Below, in pieces: positions 1-9,487 of a stretch of DNA of 64,000 bases (positions are counted from its first letter, which is position 1; every line of letters starts with the position of its first letter). Source of the stretch: Candidatus Multivoradales bacterium (GTDB lineage Bacteria > Acidobacteriota > Thermoanaerobaculia > Multivoradales > J023); NCBI GenBank assembly GCA_965248925.1, contig CBDFLE010000005.1, forward strand, positions 1,920,001 through 1,984,000. Direction: 5' to 3'. The position numbers were made by a program, and so were the translations under genes. The notes beneath the pieces are model-generated. The model was not told the origin of the DNA. It saw only the letters and a program-made list of their open reading frames with translations, and searched no databases.

Positions 1-26
1 CCCAGTCAACGAGAGAGGAACAAGTA

Positions 27-290
27 ATGGCAGACCGCGAGGTCACCGCGACCGAAAAAGACTCGAACAACATCATCAAGGCCTTGTGTAATGCTGCGGT
101 TTTCCCACAGCCGATCTCCAAGGCGCAAGCGATCGCCGACATTGATAGCGGAATACATCGCTACTTCGTCGAGTGGCCAGACGGGGTCAAGACCTGGATT
201 CGAACAGTTCCCGGCTCCAGCGGCAAATACCTCAGAACCGACAAGGACAACACCACCAGCAACAATCTGCTCGATCTCCCAGATTGTTGA
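27..290 (+). CDS. DUF3892-like small protein
   Basis: 87 aa; C-terminal YLRTDKDNTTSNNLLDLP matches the DUF3892 signature; AGAGGA RBS upstream. Confidence 0.8.
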   Translation: MADREVTATEKDSNNIIKALCNAAVFPQPISKAQAIADIDSGIHRYFVEWPDGVKTWIRTVPGSSGKYLRTDKDNTTSNNLLDLPDC

Positions 291-2212
291 AGTCAACCAC
301 CGATCAGAATGGCGCTCGGCGGGCGCTGGTTGTCGGCATCGATCACTATCCGCAGCTCGGTGACCCGGCCCAGCTGCGAGGCGCAGTTCACGACGCCGAG
401 CAGATGGCTGATCTCCTCGAGCACCGATTCGGCTTCCCACATCGCGATCTGTGCCTGCTGAAGAACTCGGAGGCGACCCGCGAACGTTTGACGGCAGAGA
501 TGGAAGCTCTGGTAGCGCGGGCCCAGCCGACCGACACCACCGTCTTTCACTGGAGCGGGCACGGCTCCCAGGTAGTCGACCTTGAAGGGGACGAACCGGA
601 TGGCCTGGATGAGACTCTGGTGCCGGTGGACGGCCGCCTGCTGCATCAAGAACCGGCCGACCTGCGAGATGACGAGATTCGCTCTTGGCTAGCGCGCCTC
701 GAGAGTCACGGCTCTGCGGTGACCTTGATCGTCGACTGCTGTCACTCGGGCCACATTCACCGACACAGCTCATTGAGACCGCGCTATCTGCCTGCATTCA
801 AGCGCGCCGCGCAAACCTTCCCTGGCCCACCCACCCCTCGTCCCGTGGCCGACCCGTGGCAGTCGCGCCCCAGCCACTACGTTCTTCTCGCCGCCTGCGG
901 TGAAGACCAGCTGGCTTGGGAAAGGCCGGTCGGCCGTGGACAGTTTCACGGCCACTGGACCTGGGCTATTCTGCGAACTCTAGCCAGAGCGGATCACGGC
1001 GCGACAGCCGCGGAAATCTTCGAGTTCTCCCGCGCCTGCCTGCGGAGCGAAAATCCCCAGCAAGAACCGGTTCTGGTGGGCCAACGAGATCGCTTGCTCT
1101 TCGGTTGTCGAGCACGCCCCTGCCGCCGTTTCCTCTTCGTCGACTCCTGGAACTCCAGCACCCAGACTGGCAGGCTGCGCGGTGGTGCCGTGCAAGGCCT
1201 CGGCGAGGGTTCAATCTGGACTCTTCATCCGCCGGCCAAACACCAGGCTCAGTCGTTGCTGGGCCGCGCCAGAATCCGCCGGGTCGGCGCCTTACGCTCG
1301 ACTTTCGAGGCCGCTCTTCTTCCCAACAGTCGCCCTCCCAGGCCTGGAGATCGGGCCTTCGAAAGAACAGTGGCCTACTGCCAACCCCGCCTCCGGGTCC
1401 AGGTGGATTCATGTTCAGTCGGGGCCGATCGCCTGCGGGCAGCCGTTGCAGCGTCTCCTCTGCTACGTCTCGGCGGTCGCGATGAGATCCACGACTCCGA
1501 CCAGCTGCACCTGCGGCTGGACGAGGGACCTGGCGGTCTCTGCTGGTGGATAGTCGATCTGCGGGGCCAATCCCTGGCAGCACCCCGGCCTCGGGAGGAA
1601 CCCGGTGTCAACGGCGCCTTGGTCAGGCGTCTCGAACGTCGCGCTCGCTGTCGCAACGTGCTGGCATTAGAATGCAAAAATCCGCCGCCTTCATGGGCAC
1701 AGGCAATTTCGCTCCGCCTCCTCGATCTCGAAACCCGCCAACCAAAGTGTGATTTCTTGGACGGCGCCCGATTTGTAATCGAGATCGAAAATCAGCATAG
1801 CGAGGATCTTTATATCTCACTGCTGGATCTCGGCAGCAGCGACCGAGTCTCGCTGCTTCACCCCGACCCTGGAAGCGACGAGTTGCTGGCCCCGGACCTA
1901 CCCATGCGCATCGGCCACCTTGCTGGCGATCCGCTGATCGCTAGCCGGCCAGGGGATCTCTATCCACGAAGTCTCAACCCGGCAGTCAGCCATTTAAAGC
2001 TCTTCGCCACCACCTCCCCAGTCGATCTGAGCTGGCTCTCCACCGATCGGCCGTGGCGTTCACCCAACCCAGCGCCTCTAACCTGCGGCCAGTCTTCACT
2101 CGAAGGATTGTTGGCCCGAACCACGGCCGTTTGGGTAAACCGGGGTGCCGGTGAAGAATGGACTGCCGTGTCGATCCCTCTGCGAGCCTTCGGCCGCCAC
2201 CCCCCGCATTAG
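287..2212 (+). CDS. Caspase family (peptidase C14, metacaspase-like) protein with DUF4384-like C-terminal domain
   Basis: RALVVGIDHY, SGHG (catalytic His) and DCCHSG (catalytic Cys); C-terminal YISLLDLGSSDRVSLLHP...LKLFAT. Likely TTG start at 287 overlapping the upstream TGA; the ORF track starts at 173. Confidence 0.85.
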   Translation: MKSTTDQNGARRALVVGIDHYPQLGDPAQLRGAVHDAEQMADLLEHRFGFPHRDLCLLKNSEATRERLTAEMEALVARAQPTDTTVFHWSGHGSQVVDLEGDEPDGLDETLVPVDGRLLHQEPADLRDDEIRSWLARLESHGSAVTLIVDCCHSGHIHRHSSLRPRYLPAFKRAAQTFPGPPTPRPVADPWQSRPSHYVLLAACGEDQLAWERPVGRGQFHGHWTWAILRTLARADHGATAAEIFEFSRACLRSENPQQEPVLVGQRDRLLFGCRARPCRRFLFVDSWNSSTQTGRLRGGAVQGLGEGSIWTLHPPAKHQAQSLLGRARIRRVGALRSTFEAALLPNSRPPRPGDRAFERTVAYCQPRLRVQVDSCSVGADRLRAAVAASPLLRLGGRDEIHDSDQLHLRLDEGPGGLCWWIVDLRGQSLAAPRPREEPGVNGALVRRLERRARCRNVLALECKNPPPSWAQAISLRLLDLETRQPKCDFLDGARFVIEIENQHSEDLYISLLDLGSSDRVSLLHPDPGSDELLAPDLPMRIGHLAGDPLIASRPGDLYPRSLNPAVSHLKLFATTSPVDLSWLSTDRPWRSPNPAPLTCGQSSLEGLLARTTAVWVNRGAGEEWTAVSIPLRAFGRHPPH

Positions 2213-2257
2213 CAGAACTTCCGCCAAAACCGATACCGCCCCACCAACTTCAGCCCG

Positions 2258-2572
2258 CTAGGTCGTACTCTCGGCCTCCAATTCAATCTCGTTCGCCGCA
2301 AATATCTTAATGATCGGAGCCTCCGCAGCAAGCGCCACCAGAGCTTTGACAAAGGCCACCGAAGCGGGAACCTTGAAGTGCTCCCGAAGCGCCTGCGGAT
2401 CGGTCCATTCCTCGATAAACACCAGGCGCTGAGGATTCTCCGCGTCCACATGAGCAGCGTGGGACAGGCACCCCGGTTCTTTTCGCGAACGCACCACATG
2501 TTCGCGACACAGAGCGAGCATCTCAGCAACGCGATCCTCTTGAGCAACAACACTACCAAGAACTATGATCAT
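2258..2572 (-). CDS. Antibiotic biosynthesis monooxygenase (ABM) family protein
   Basis: 104 aa; SRKEPGCLS...LVFIEEWTDPQALREHF pattern. Confidence 0.85.
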   Translation of the reverse strand: MIIVLGSVVAQEDRVAEMLALCREHVVRSRKEPGCLSHAAHVDAENPQRLVFIEEWTDPQALREHFKVPASVAFVKALVALAAEAPIIKIFAANEIELEAESTT

Positions 2573-2716
2573 CTCTGGCCTCCGAAATCAGCGCGCGAAT
2601 GACACTCTCACCGAGGGATTCTCCAAGGTTGCGCTGGCCCCGATTCTGCGTCCATCACATCCGGCCTGCGGCGCACTTTCGTTGCCCAGATCCTACCCCG
2701 GTAGCTCGCCAAAATT

Positions 2717-5095
2717 TCATCCATCGGTGTGCAGCCGCTCGGCCCCGCCGGCAGAGATCACCAGCGCGAAATCCTGCGGCCCCCGCGGCACATCACTGGC
2801 GACTACTCGCACAGTCCAAACTCCAAGATCGGGTTCCTCGACCCGGATGCCCTCGACGTTGTTATCGCCATCGAACATGCCGCCACCGAAGTCGTTACCG
2901 AGGTGGAAACCGCCGTCCGGCGGAATCGCGATCAGGTTGAGATTGTTGATCAGATCCTCACCAGGAAAATCACTGTAGACGAGAGTCAGGCGCAACGGGA
3001 CCGAGCCGTCAGCGACCTTGATACGGAATTCCTGTTGCTGTCCTGAATGAAGAGAGTCACCGTTGACGAACAGTACCTGAATCGGCGCCTCGGGCATCAG
3101 CAAGGTCTGGAGCCGGAGCCGTCCCCAACCCTGCTCGTTGTCGGCCTCAGCCTGCGAGGAAGGGTGGGCGAATCGATAGGGTGTATATCGAGCGGAGTGG
3201 ATGAGCGCGGCTTTGAGTAGGGCCGCTGACGGCTCGGCGACGGTGTTCTCGCGCAGAAATTGCCTGACCAGCGCACAGCAACCGGCCACCAACGGCGTCG
3301 CCATTGATGTACCGCCCATAAACATGTAGTCCAATTTGGCCGCCGCAAAGGCTCCCCAGGCGAAGTTGTTGCTGGCGATCTGCGACGAACGCGTGGAGAG
3401 AATGAAGGTACCGGGCGCGATGACGTCGGGTTTGCGCCGCCCGGTTGTACACGGGCCACGACTACTGAAGGCCACAACATCGTCGACCGAATCCGCGACC
3501 GGATCGGAAGCAAAGGGTCCGTTGGGAAAGTCCTGAAACATATCGCCGTAAGTCCGAGAGCCCGAATCTCCGGGGCGGAAGTTCTCGCAAGCTCCAACAG
3601 TTAGGCAGTTCTTTGCTGTCGCTGGTGAACTGACGCTACCGAGATCGATGCCTTGTCCGCCGCCAGGTGTAGTGTCGGCGCCATCGTTACCGGCCGCAAC
3701 CACCACCAGAAAACCCGGATGGTCAAGTACGAACTGATCCAAGGCTTCGCATTGCTCATCGTACTCACCGGGGCCGCCGCCACCCCAGGAATTGGAGTGA
3801 ATGCGGGCCCCTAGATCGAAGGCCGGCTGGAAGAGATCGCCGAGATCGTCAGGAATGCCAAAAAGTCCGTGCGCTGGCGGCGTCCCACCTTGTTGCAGGA
3901 AAGCTAGCGTACCGTCCATATTCCACTCTGTGGATTGGTCGATCGCCTGAAATACCAGTTCGGCCTCCGGCGCCACCCCTTCGATCGGATCGAGGCCAAG
4001 GGCGCGAGAGCGAGAACCGTTGCCGAGGACGCTACCGCAGACGTGAGTACCGTGCCCGGAGAATCGATCGGCGGCACCGTCATCACTATCTGGGTCTAAC
4101 AGAAACGGAGCCAGAGAGCCGGCGATAGGGAAGCTAGAGATGTCGCGTACCCGGCCGCGGAAATCTGCATGTACGGTCAGGAGATCGCCAGTGTCGAGAC
4201 CGGAATCTGCTACCGCTACAATCTCTCCCGCCCCGGTGAGTCCCAAACCACCAGGGGCTGGCAGCACCGTCGGACCACAGATGACTTCGCGGGCCACATC
4301 ATTGAACAGGCGTCGGACCTTCTTCTCTGTTAGCTTTTTCAGCCCTCTGAGGCTAGCGACAAGATGCAGATCTTCAACCACATTGTCGGTGCCGGCGAGG
4401 TTAATGACCAATCCGGTGGATCCCACCTCGACAACCGGACGCAGTCCCTCACGCCGAAGTTTGTTTCGCGCCCGCCGTCGGTCATCGGCGGTAAGGAAGG
4501 ACGCATTGAGCAAACCACCGAGAGTCGCCCGGCGTAGCGAGCGCCGCGACACGTCGGAGGCTGCCAACCGGTCTGCGGCCCCGGCTACCTCAGCGCCATC
4601 GGCCTTGACAGCAACGTTCTGAAGGAATTCCGGGGAAATCAGGATGCTGGGTACAAAGGGAGTAACTTTCTCGACGCCTTCCAGACGTTGGACGCGGGCA
4701 CGGCTGGCTTTGTTCGGGCACCTGACGGCAACCGTCGAATTGCCGATGGTAGCCAGCAGACGGCATCCCGCCGAGTTGAGACGCACCTCATGATCCGCCG
4801 GAATTGGCGGCGCGAAGCGCACGGCGACTATGTACGGACCCCGCTCCCGCCCGCCCCCCATCGCTGCTGCTAGTCCAGCCACTTCTGGAAAACTTGGCGG
4901 CGGCGACGCAGTAGACAACTCCTCCACTGGATACCTCGCCCGCAGATCGCCCAGCGCCTCCTCCGTTCCATGGACAACCATGTAGGCTGGGTACCGCGTT
5001 TCGATCTCGGCACCATCAGGCAGCTCGACCACATCGGTCTCTGAGCAGTAGATTCTGAATCGGAAAGTCTCTCGATTCGGCATGTCAGTCTCCAA
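2717..5095 (-). CDS. S8 subtilisin-like serine peptidase (Kp43-like), no evident signal peptide
   Basis: Catalytic triad motifs VAVADSGLD, HGTHVCG and GGTSMATP; SNSWG, AAGNDG, FSSRGP..GRRKPDVIAPG; C-terminal beta-sandwich. Start may be ATG at 5083. Confidence 0.92.
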   Translation of the reverse strand: METDMPNRETFRFRIYCSETDVVELPDGAEIETRYPAYMVVHGTEEALGDLRARYPVEELSTASPPPSFPEVAGLAAAMGGGRERGPYIVAVRFAPPIPADHEVRLNSAGCRLLATIGNSTVAVRCPNKASRARVQRLEGVEKVTPFVPSILISPEFLQNVAVKADGAEVAGAADRLAASDVSRRSLRRATLGGLLNASFLTADDRRRARNKLRREGLRPVVEVGSTGLVINLAGTDNVVEDLHLVASLRGLKKLTEKKVRRLFNDVAREVICGPTVLPAPGGLGLTGAGEIVAVADSGLDTGDLLTVHADFRGRVRDISSFPIAGSLAPFLLDPDSDDGAADRFSGHGTHVCGSVLGNGSRSRALGLDPIEGVAPEAELVFQAIDQSTEWNMDGTLAFLQQGGTPPAHGLFGIPDDLGDLFQPAFDLGARIHSNSWGGGGPGEYDEQCEALDQFVLDHPGFLVVVAAGNDGADTTPGGGQGIDLGSVSSPATAKNCLTVGACENFRPGDSGSRTYGDMFQDFPNGPFASDPVADSVDDVVAFSSRGPCTTGRRKPDVIAPGTFILSTRSSQIASNNFAWGAFAAAKLDYMFMGGTSMATPLVAGCCALVRQFLRENTVAEPSAALLKAALIHSARYTPYRFAHPSSQAEADNEQGWGRLRLQTLLMPEAPIQVLFVNGDSLHSGQQQEFRIKVADGSVPLRLTLVYSDFPGEDLINNLNLIAIPPDGGFHLGNDFGGGMFDGDNNVEGIRVEEPDLGVWTVRVVASDVPRGPQDFALVISAGGAERLHTDG

Positions 5096-5334
5096 GTAGG
5101 TATCTCTTCACGGGGACGATTCGCAATCGCTTTGGCCATCACGACCATTTAGGACAGCGCGAACCGGCGCTGAATTCTACCTTGGGTTCACCGAGACACC
5201 GTCCGCTCGGACTACGTCGGTCAGACTCCACTCAAACTGATCGACCTCAAGATGGAGGACATCGAGCACGGCATCCAGCTGCCTGTCCATCGCTAACACC
5301 TTATCCCAGGTATTGTCAGCGGTCTACGTCTCGA

Positions 5335-5808
5335 ATGAAGGAGTGCATCGGCGACCTGATCTTGCCGATCGCCGCCATCCGCGGCGAGGGCACCTCCAAC
5401 GACTACTTGCCGCAAGAGGTCCCGGCGCTGCCCTCATTCGCCTTGCAAAAAACCATCTCGACGACCTTTCGCGACCACGAGCGCGACTACTGGACCGGCA
5501 CCGTCTACTCGACCAATCGCCGAGTCTGGGAACACGACGACACCTTCAAAAAGTACCTGCGGGAGCTACGAGCCATGGCCGTGGACATGGAGACCGCGAC
5601 CGTCTTCATCGTCGCCTTCGCCAACCAGATACCGGTCGGCGCCCTATTGCTGGTCTCGGATCAACCGATGGTGCCTGAGGGAGTCAAGACGGAAGCGAGC
5701 GACCGCAAAGTGACCGAAGACTTCGTCGATCGCCACTTACAGATCGGCATCGACTCCTTGCGCCAGCTGATCAACTACGGCAATACCGTCAGGCACTTGC
5801 GTTTCTAG
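5335..5808 (+). pseudogene. amn: AMP nucleosidase, C-terminal fragment (5' truncated)
   Basis: GDLILPIAAIRGEGTSNDY, GTVYSTNRRVWEHD, AVDMETAT, LLLVSDQPMVPEGVKT; the N-terminal part is missing. Confidence 0.75.
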
Positions 5809-5908
5809 CCACCGCAAGGCCGAATGCCAAGATTGCGCGGCCTCAGTAGATTTAGGGGGTTCTCAGCCCGCTGCTGTCGATTCCAGAACTCCTGACATAC
5901 CCTTTTTC

Positions 5909-6620
5909 TCAAATGTCCGGTTGAGCCTCTCCGGAGGTGTTCCGAGGGCCTGGGAAGGCCAGGCTCCGGGGTGGCGCTGGCTTGATCGCGAACCGCATCC
6001 GTAGCTCGGTGCCGGGGAACTGGGTGGCGGTAGCGTTGAGTTCTTCGCCGACGGCGGCGATCGCCGCCGTTTTGTGGGGAGAGCTGAGCGGGTCGATGGA
6101 GAGGAGCAGCTCAGTGTCGGTAACCTCCATATCGCCGCCGGCCGCGAAAGCGCTTTGGATCAGGGTGCGTCCCTCCTGCTCGCTGCGGCGGTAGTGGGGT
6201 GATAGGAGCCGCAGAAGATCACCTGCGGCCTGGTAGGCAACCATCTTGAGAATATCGCTGAGGTGCTTGCGCTCGACCGACAGCTTGATGACATCCGCTT
6301 CGACGACCTCCTGGACCGGGACGCGGACAGGGAGGGTCGCGCGCTGGTTCTTGAGTTCGGTGATCTGCTCTGTCGCTGCCCGGACCCTGGCGGAGGTTGC
6401 TGCGTTGGCGATCTTGAATCCACGCATCGTAGGCCGCCGATCCTCTCGGTTCTCGAGCGCTGCGATCCCGCAATGGGCCTGGATCTGCTCGAGATGCGCT
6501 TTGGCTTTACGCAACTCTGCGTTGATTTTGCTGCGCTCGGGGTTCGGCACATCGCGGGCAGCGTCTGCCGGCTCGGTGCCGTAGTCCACCAGCGCATCGA
6601 GGGCGAATTGTTCGCGCAGT
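5909..6620 (-). mobile_element. Putative transposase, C-terminal fragment
   Basis: REQFALDALVDY...VPNP...KMVAYQA...LLSPHYRR..EGRTLI resembles the C-terminal part of a large putative transposase family; N-terminus absent. Confidence 0.6.
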
Positions 6621-6775
6621 CGGTTGCCATGCGCTGCGAGCCGAGCAGGTTTTCTAGAAGCCAATATCGCATTCGAAGCCTACAGGAATTCCTCTTTGCG
6701 GCTCTTCGGCCATTCGATCTTCGAGAAGACGGTGGACTTGGCTGAAGTGAGTGCACTCGGAATTTCACCTTGATG

Positions 6776-7126
6776 ATGGATCCGATCTCCAGCATCGCAA
6801 TTCCCATCCTGACCATGTTCCTCATGGTGGTCGTTGGGTTGGAACTCAGGCCGCAAGATTTCCTCAGCTTTGTTCGTCCACCGAGGAAGCTGTTTCTGCT
6901 TCCGGCGATGGCCGTGGGCGAGATTCTGGGTCGCTGGGTCCACCTAGCACCGACCGCGCGACTGGCCTGGGTATTGGAACTCGGCTTCCGCAACCTGGAG
7001 CTGGCCATCGTGGTCACCGCAACGCTATTGGGTCAGAAAGGCTCCCTGGTCTTCGCGATGATCTTCTTCCTCACCGCGAATCTCTACGCAATCGCCATCG
7101 TCGCCCTCTCCCGCCTGCGGCGCTGA
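6776..7126 (+). pseudogene. Bile acid:sodium symporter family remnant (internally deleted)
   Basis: N-terminal LMVVVGLELRPQDF joined to C-terminal LELGFRNLELAI in only about 116 aa. Confidence 0.55.
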
Positions 7127-7150
7127 CCTCGACGCTAGCACCGGGCAAAG

Positions 7151-7188
7151 GGGCAACAGCCTGCCCCGGGAGGGGCAGAACTTTGCCC
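7151..7188. promoter_or_regulatory. Tandem GGGCA-N6-TGCCC palindromes; putative enhancer (UAS) for a sigma54 activator
   Basis: GGGCAacagccTGCCC at 7151-7166 and GGGCAgaacttTGCCC at 7173-7188, about 90-120 bp upstream of a -24/-12 site. Confidence 0.6.
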
Positions 7189-7273
7189 CCTGCCCGGCCG
7201 CGGTGCTCCTGTTTCGTCAGCAGGAGCGCCCAAGTCCAGCGCAGCCCATGTCGGCGGGGGCCGCGCGGCAACC

Positions 7274-7289
7274 TGGCATTGATGTTGCT
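7274..7289 (+). promoter_or_regulatory. sigma54 (-24/-12) promoter
   Basis: TGGCATTGATGTTGCT fits TGGCA-N6-TTGCW with correct GG/GC spacing; upstream of the sulfatase. Confidence 0.75.
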
Positions 7290-7429
7290 CCATTACTCTT
7301 CCGACAATTCAACAGCATCACTCCCACGAGCAGGAGAGTTCAATACCCGGCGGTCGCCGGAGAGGAGTATGAAGTGAATAGTAGTGCGCGACTCCGCAAC
7401 CAGACAATGCCAAGAGGGAGGATCAAGTC

Positions 7430-9382
7430 ATGAGAATTCGAACGAGTTCAACGTTCCGCTCACCGGGGGTAAGAAATCCCGGCCGGGACATCTTCGCCGC
7501 CCTGATCATTCTGGCCATCATCGCCGCCCCGCAGGCGGCCCAGGCCAAGGAAAAGAAAGCGAAGATGGGAGGAGCCCAGCAGCCGAACATACTGGTTATC
7601 ATGGGCGACGACATCGGCTGGTTCAACCTCTCGGTCTACAACCACGGCATGATGGGCTACACGACCCCGAACCTGGACCGCCTAGCCCGAGAGGGCGGGA
7701 TGTTCACCGATGCCTACGCCGAGCAGAGCTGCACCGCCGGCCGCGCCGCTTTCATCACCGGCCAGCATGGACTGCGCACTGGTATGACCAAAGTCGGGTT
7801 GCCAGGCGTACCCTTCGGCCTCAATCACGACGATCCCACTATCGCGGAGATGCTCAAGTCCCTCGGCTACACCACAGGCCAATTCGGCAAGAACCACCTC
7901 GGCGACACCAACGACACTCTGCCAACCACCCACGGCTTCGACGAATTCTTCGGCAATCTCTACCATCTTAACGCCGAGCAGGAGCCCGAGCATCCCGACT
8001 ACCCCGACAGCGAGGAGTTTCGTCGTTTGTTCGGGCCACGCGGCGTGATGCACTCCTTCGCCAGAGACAACAAACCCCCGCTTGGCAGCAGTGTCTACGA
8101 AGAAGGCAAGGTCATCGAGACAGACGAGTATGGCTCGATAGACGGCCAAGTGATCGTCGACACCGGCCCGCTGACGATTCAGCGGATGAAAACCATCGAT
8201 GGAGCCGTCACCCGGGAAGCGATCCGTTTCATGTCCGCGGCAGCCAAAGAAGGAACGCCCTTCTTCACCTGGTGGGCGGCGACCCGGATGCACGTCTGGA
8301 CCCACTTGAAAGAGCCGGAACCAGACTACGACTACGCCTCTTCCGAGGTCCCCGAGGTCGACCGGAAATGCTACGCCGCAGGGGAATATACGACCGATGA
8401 GCTGTGCAACCTGGGCCTGGCCGAGGACTATTACGCGGAAGGTAAGACCGGGCTCGGAGTCCATGTGGACGGCATGGTCGAGCACGACATGTATATCGGA
8501 GCGCTGCTCGATTTCCTCGACGAGAGCAGCCTCGACGAGAACACCATTGTGTTTTACACTTCCGACAACGGCGCTGAGACCTTCACCTGGCCGGATGGTG
8601 GTACCACCCCTTTCCGTTCGGAAAAGGCTACCAACTGGGAAGGCGGCTACCGCGTACCGCTGCTCGTCCGTTGGCCCGGCGTGATCAAGGGCGGCTGGGT
8701 CTCAAACGATGTCATCTCGTTGCTGGACTGGGCTCCGACGCTGGTTTCCGCGGCCAGTGAAGCCGCCGGGGATCGCATCGATATCAAGGAGCTGCTGAAG
8801 GGCGACGGCGGCTACTCACTCAACGACCATCACGACCCCTACTACGTCCATCTCGATGGCTATGACTTTCTCGACTACTTCCGCTGCGCCAATGGTTTCG
8901 GCCCACAGAATGTGGCTTGTGAATCACCCCGCAAGGAGTTCATCTATGCCAATGACGACGGCTTCGTGACCGGTATCCGGGTCGGCACCTGGAAGGCCCA
9001 ATTCTACGAGCAGCGTCAACAGGGGGGCTTCAACGTCTGGCAGGAGCCCTTCACCCGTTTGCGGTTGGCGAAGCTCTTCAATCTGCGAACCGACCCCTTC
9101 GAAAGGGCCGATTGGGAGGCTAGCGACTACGATCATTGGCGTTTCGACCGTGCTTTCGTGCTCGCGCCGGCACAGGTCGCGACCTATACCTTCCTGCAGT
9201 CCTTCCAGGACTTCCCGCCGCGGCAGGCACCCCCTAGCTTCAGCGTCGACGAAGATGTCAGGGGCATCATCGAAAAATGTGGAACGCCTGGCAACCCTCC
9301 GGACGAGGCAGGGAATTGCTTTGATTTCGGGCAGACTACTGCGGGTGAGTTTGCTTTCCCGACGGCGGGCGGCAGCAGCTGA
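7430..9382 (+). CDS. Arylsulfatase (Cys-type sulfatase), secreted
   Basis: Signal peptide; PNILVIMGDD, CTAGR (CxxxR), GKNHLG, SDNG. Confidence 0.93.
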   Translation: MRIRTSSTFRSPGVRNPGRDIFAALIILAIIAAPQAAQAKEKKAKMGGAQQPNILVIMGDDIGWFNLSVYNHGMMGYTTPNLDRLAREGGMFTDAYAEQSCTAGRAAFITGQHGLRTGMTKVGLPGVPFGLNHDDPTIAEMLKSLGYTTGQFGKNHLGDTNDTLPTTHGFDEFFGNLYHLNAEQEPEHPDYPDSEEFRRLFGPRGVMHSFARDNKPPLGSSVYEEGKVIETDEYGSIDGQVIVDTGPLTIQRMKTIDGAVTREAIRFMSAAAKEGTPFFTWWAATRMHVWTHLKEPEPDYDYASSEVPEVDRKCYAAGEYTTDELCNLGLAEDYYAEGKTGLGVHVDGMVEHDMYIGALLDFLDESSLDENTIVFYTSDNGAETFTWPDGGTTPFRSEKATNWEGGYRVPLLVRWPGVIKGGWVSNDVISLLDWAPTLVSAASEAAGDRIDIKELLKGDGGYSLNDHHDPYYVHLDGYDFLDYFRCANGFGPQNVACESPRKEFIYANDDGFVTGIRVGTWKAQFYEQRQQGGFNVWQEPFTRLRLAKLFNLRTDPFERADWEASDYDHWRFDRAFVLAPAQVATYTFLQSFQDFPPRQAPPSFSVDEDVRGIIEKCGTPGNPPDEAGNCFDFGQTTAGEFAFPTAGGSS

Positions 9383-9487
9383 TAGGTTACTCAGCAGCGC
9401 GCCGGACCAATTCCGCGAGGGGCTGCCGGCGCGTTTCCGTCTTTTCTTAATGTTTGATCTATTGCGCAAGACACAGAGACGCTGGCG

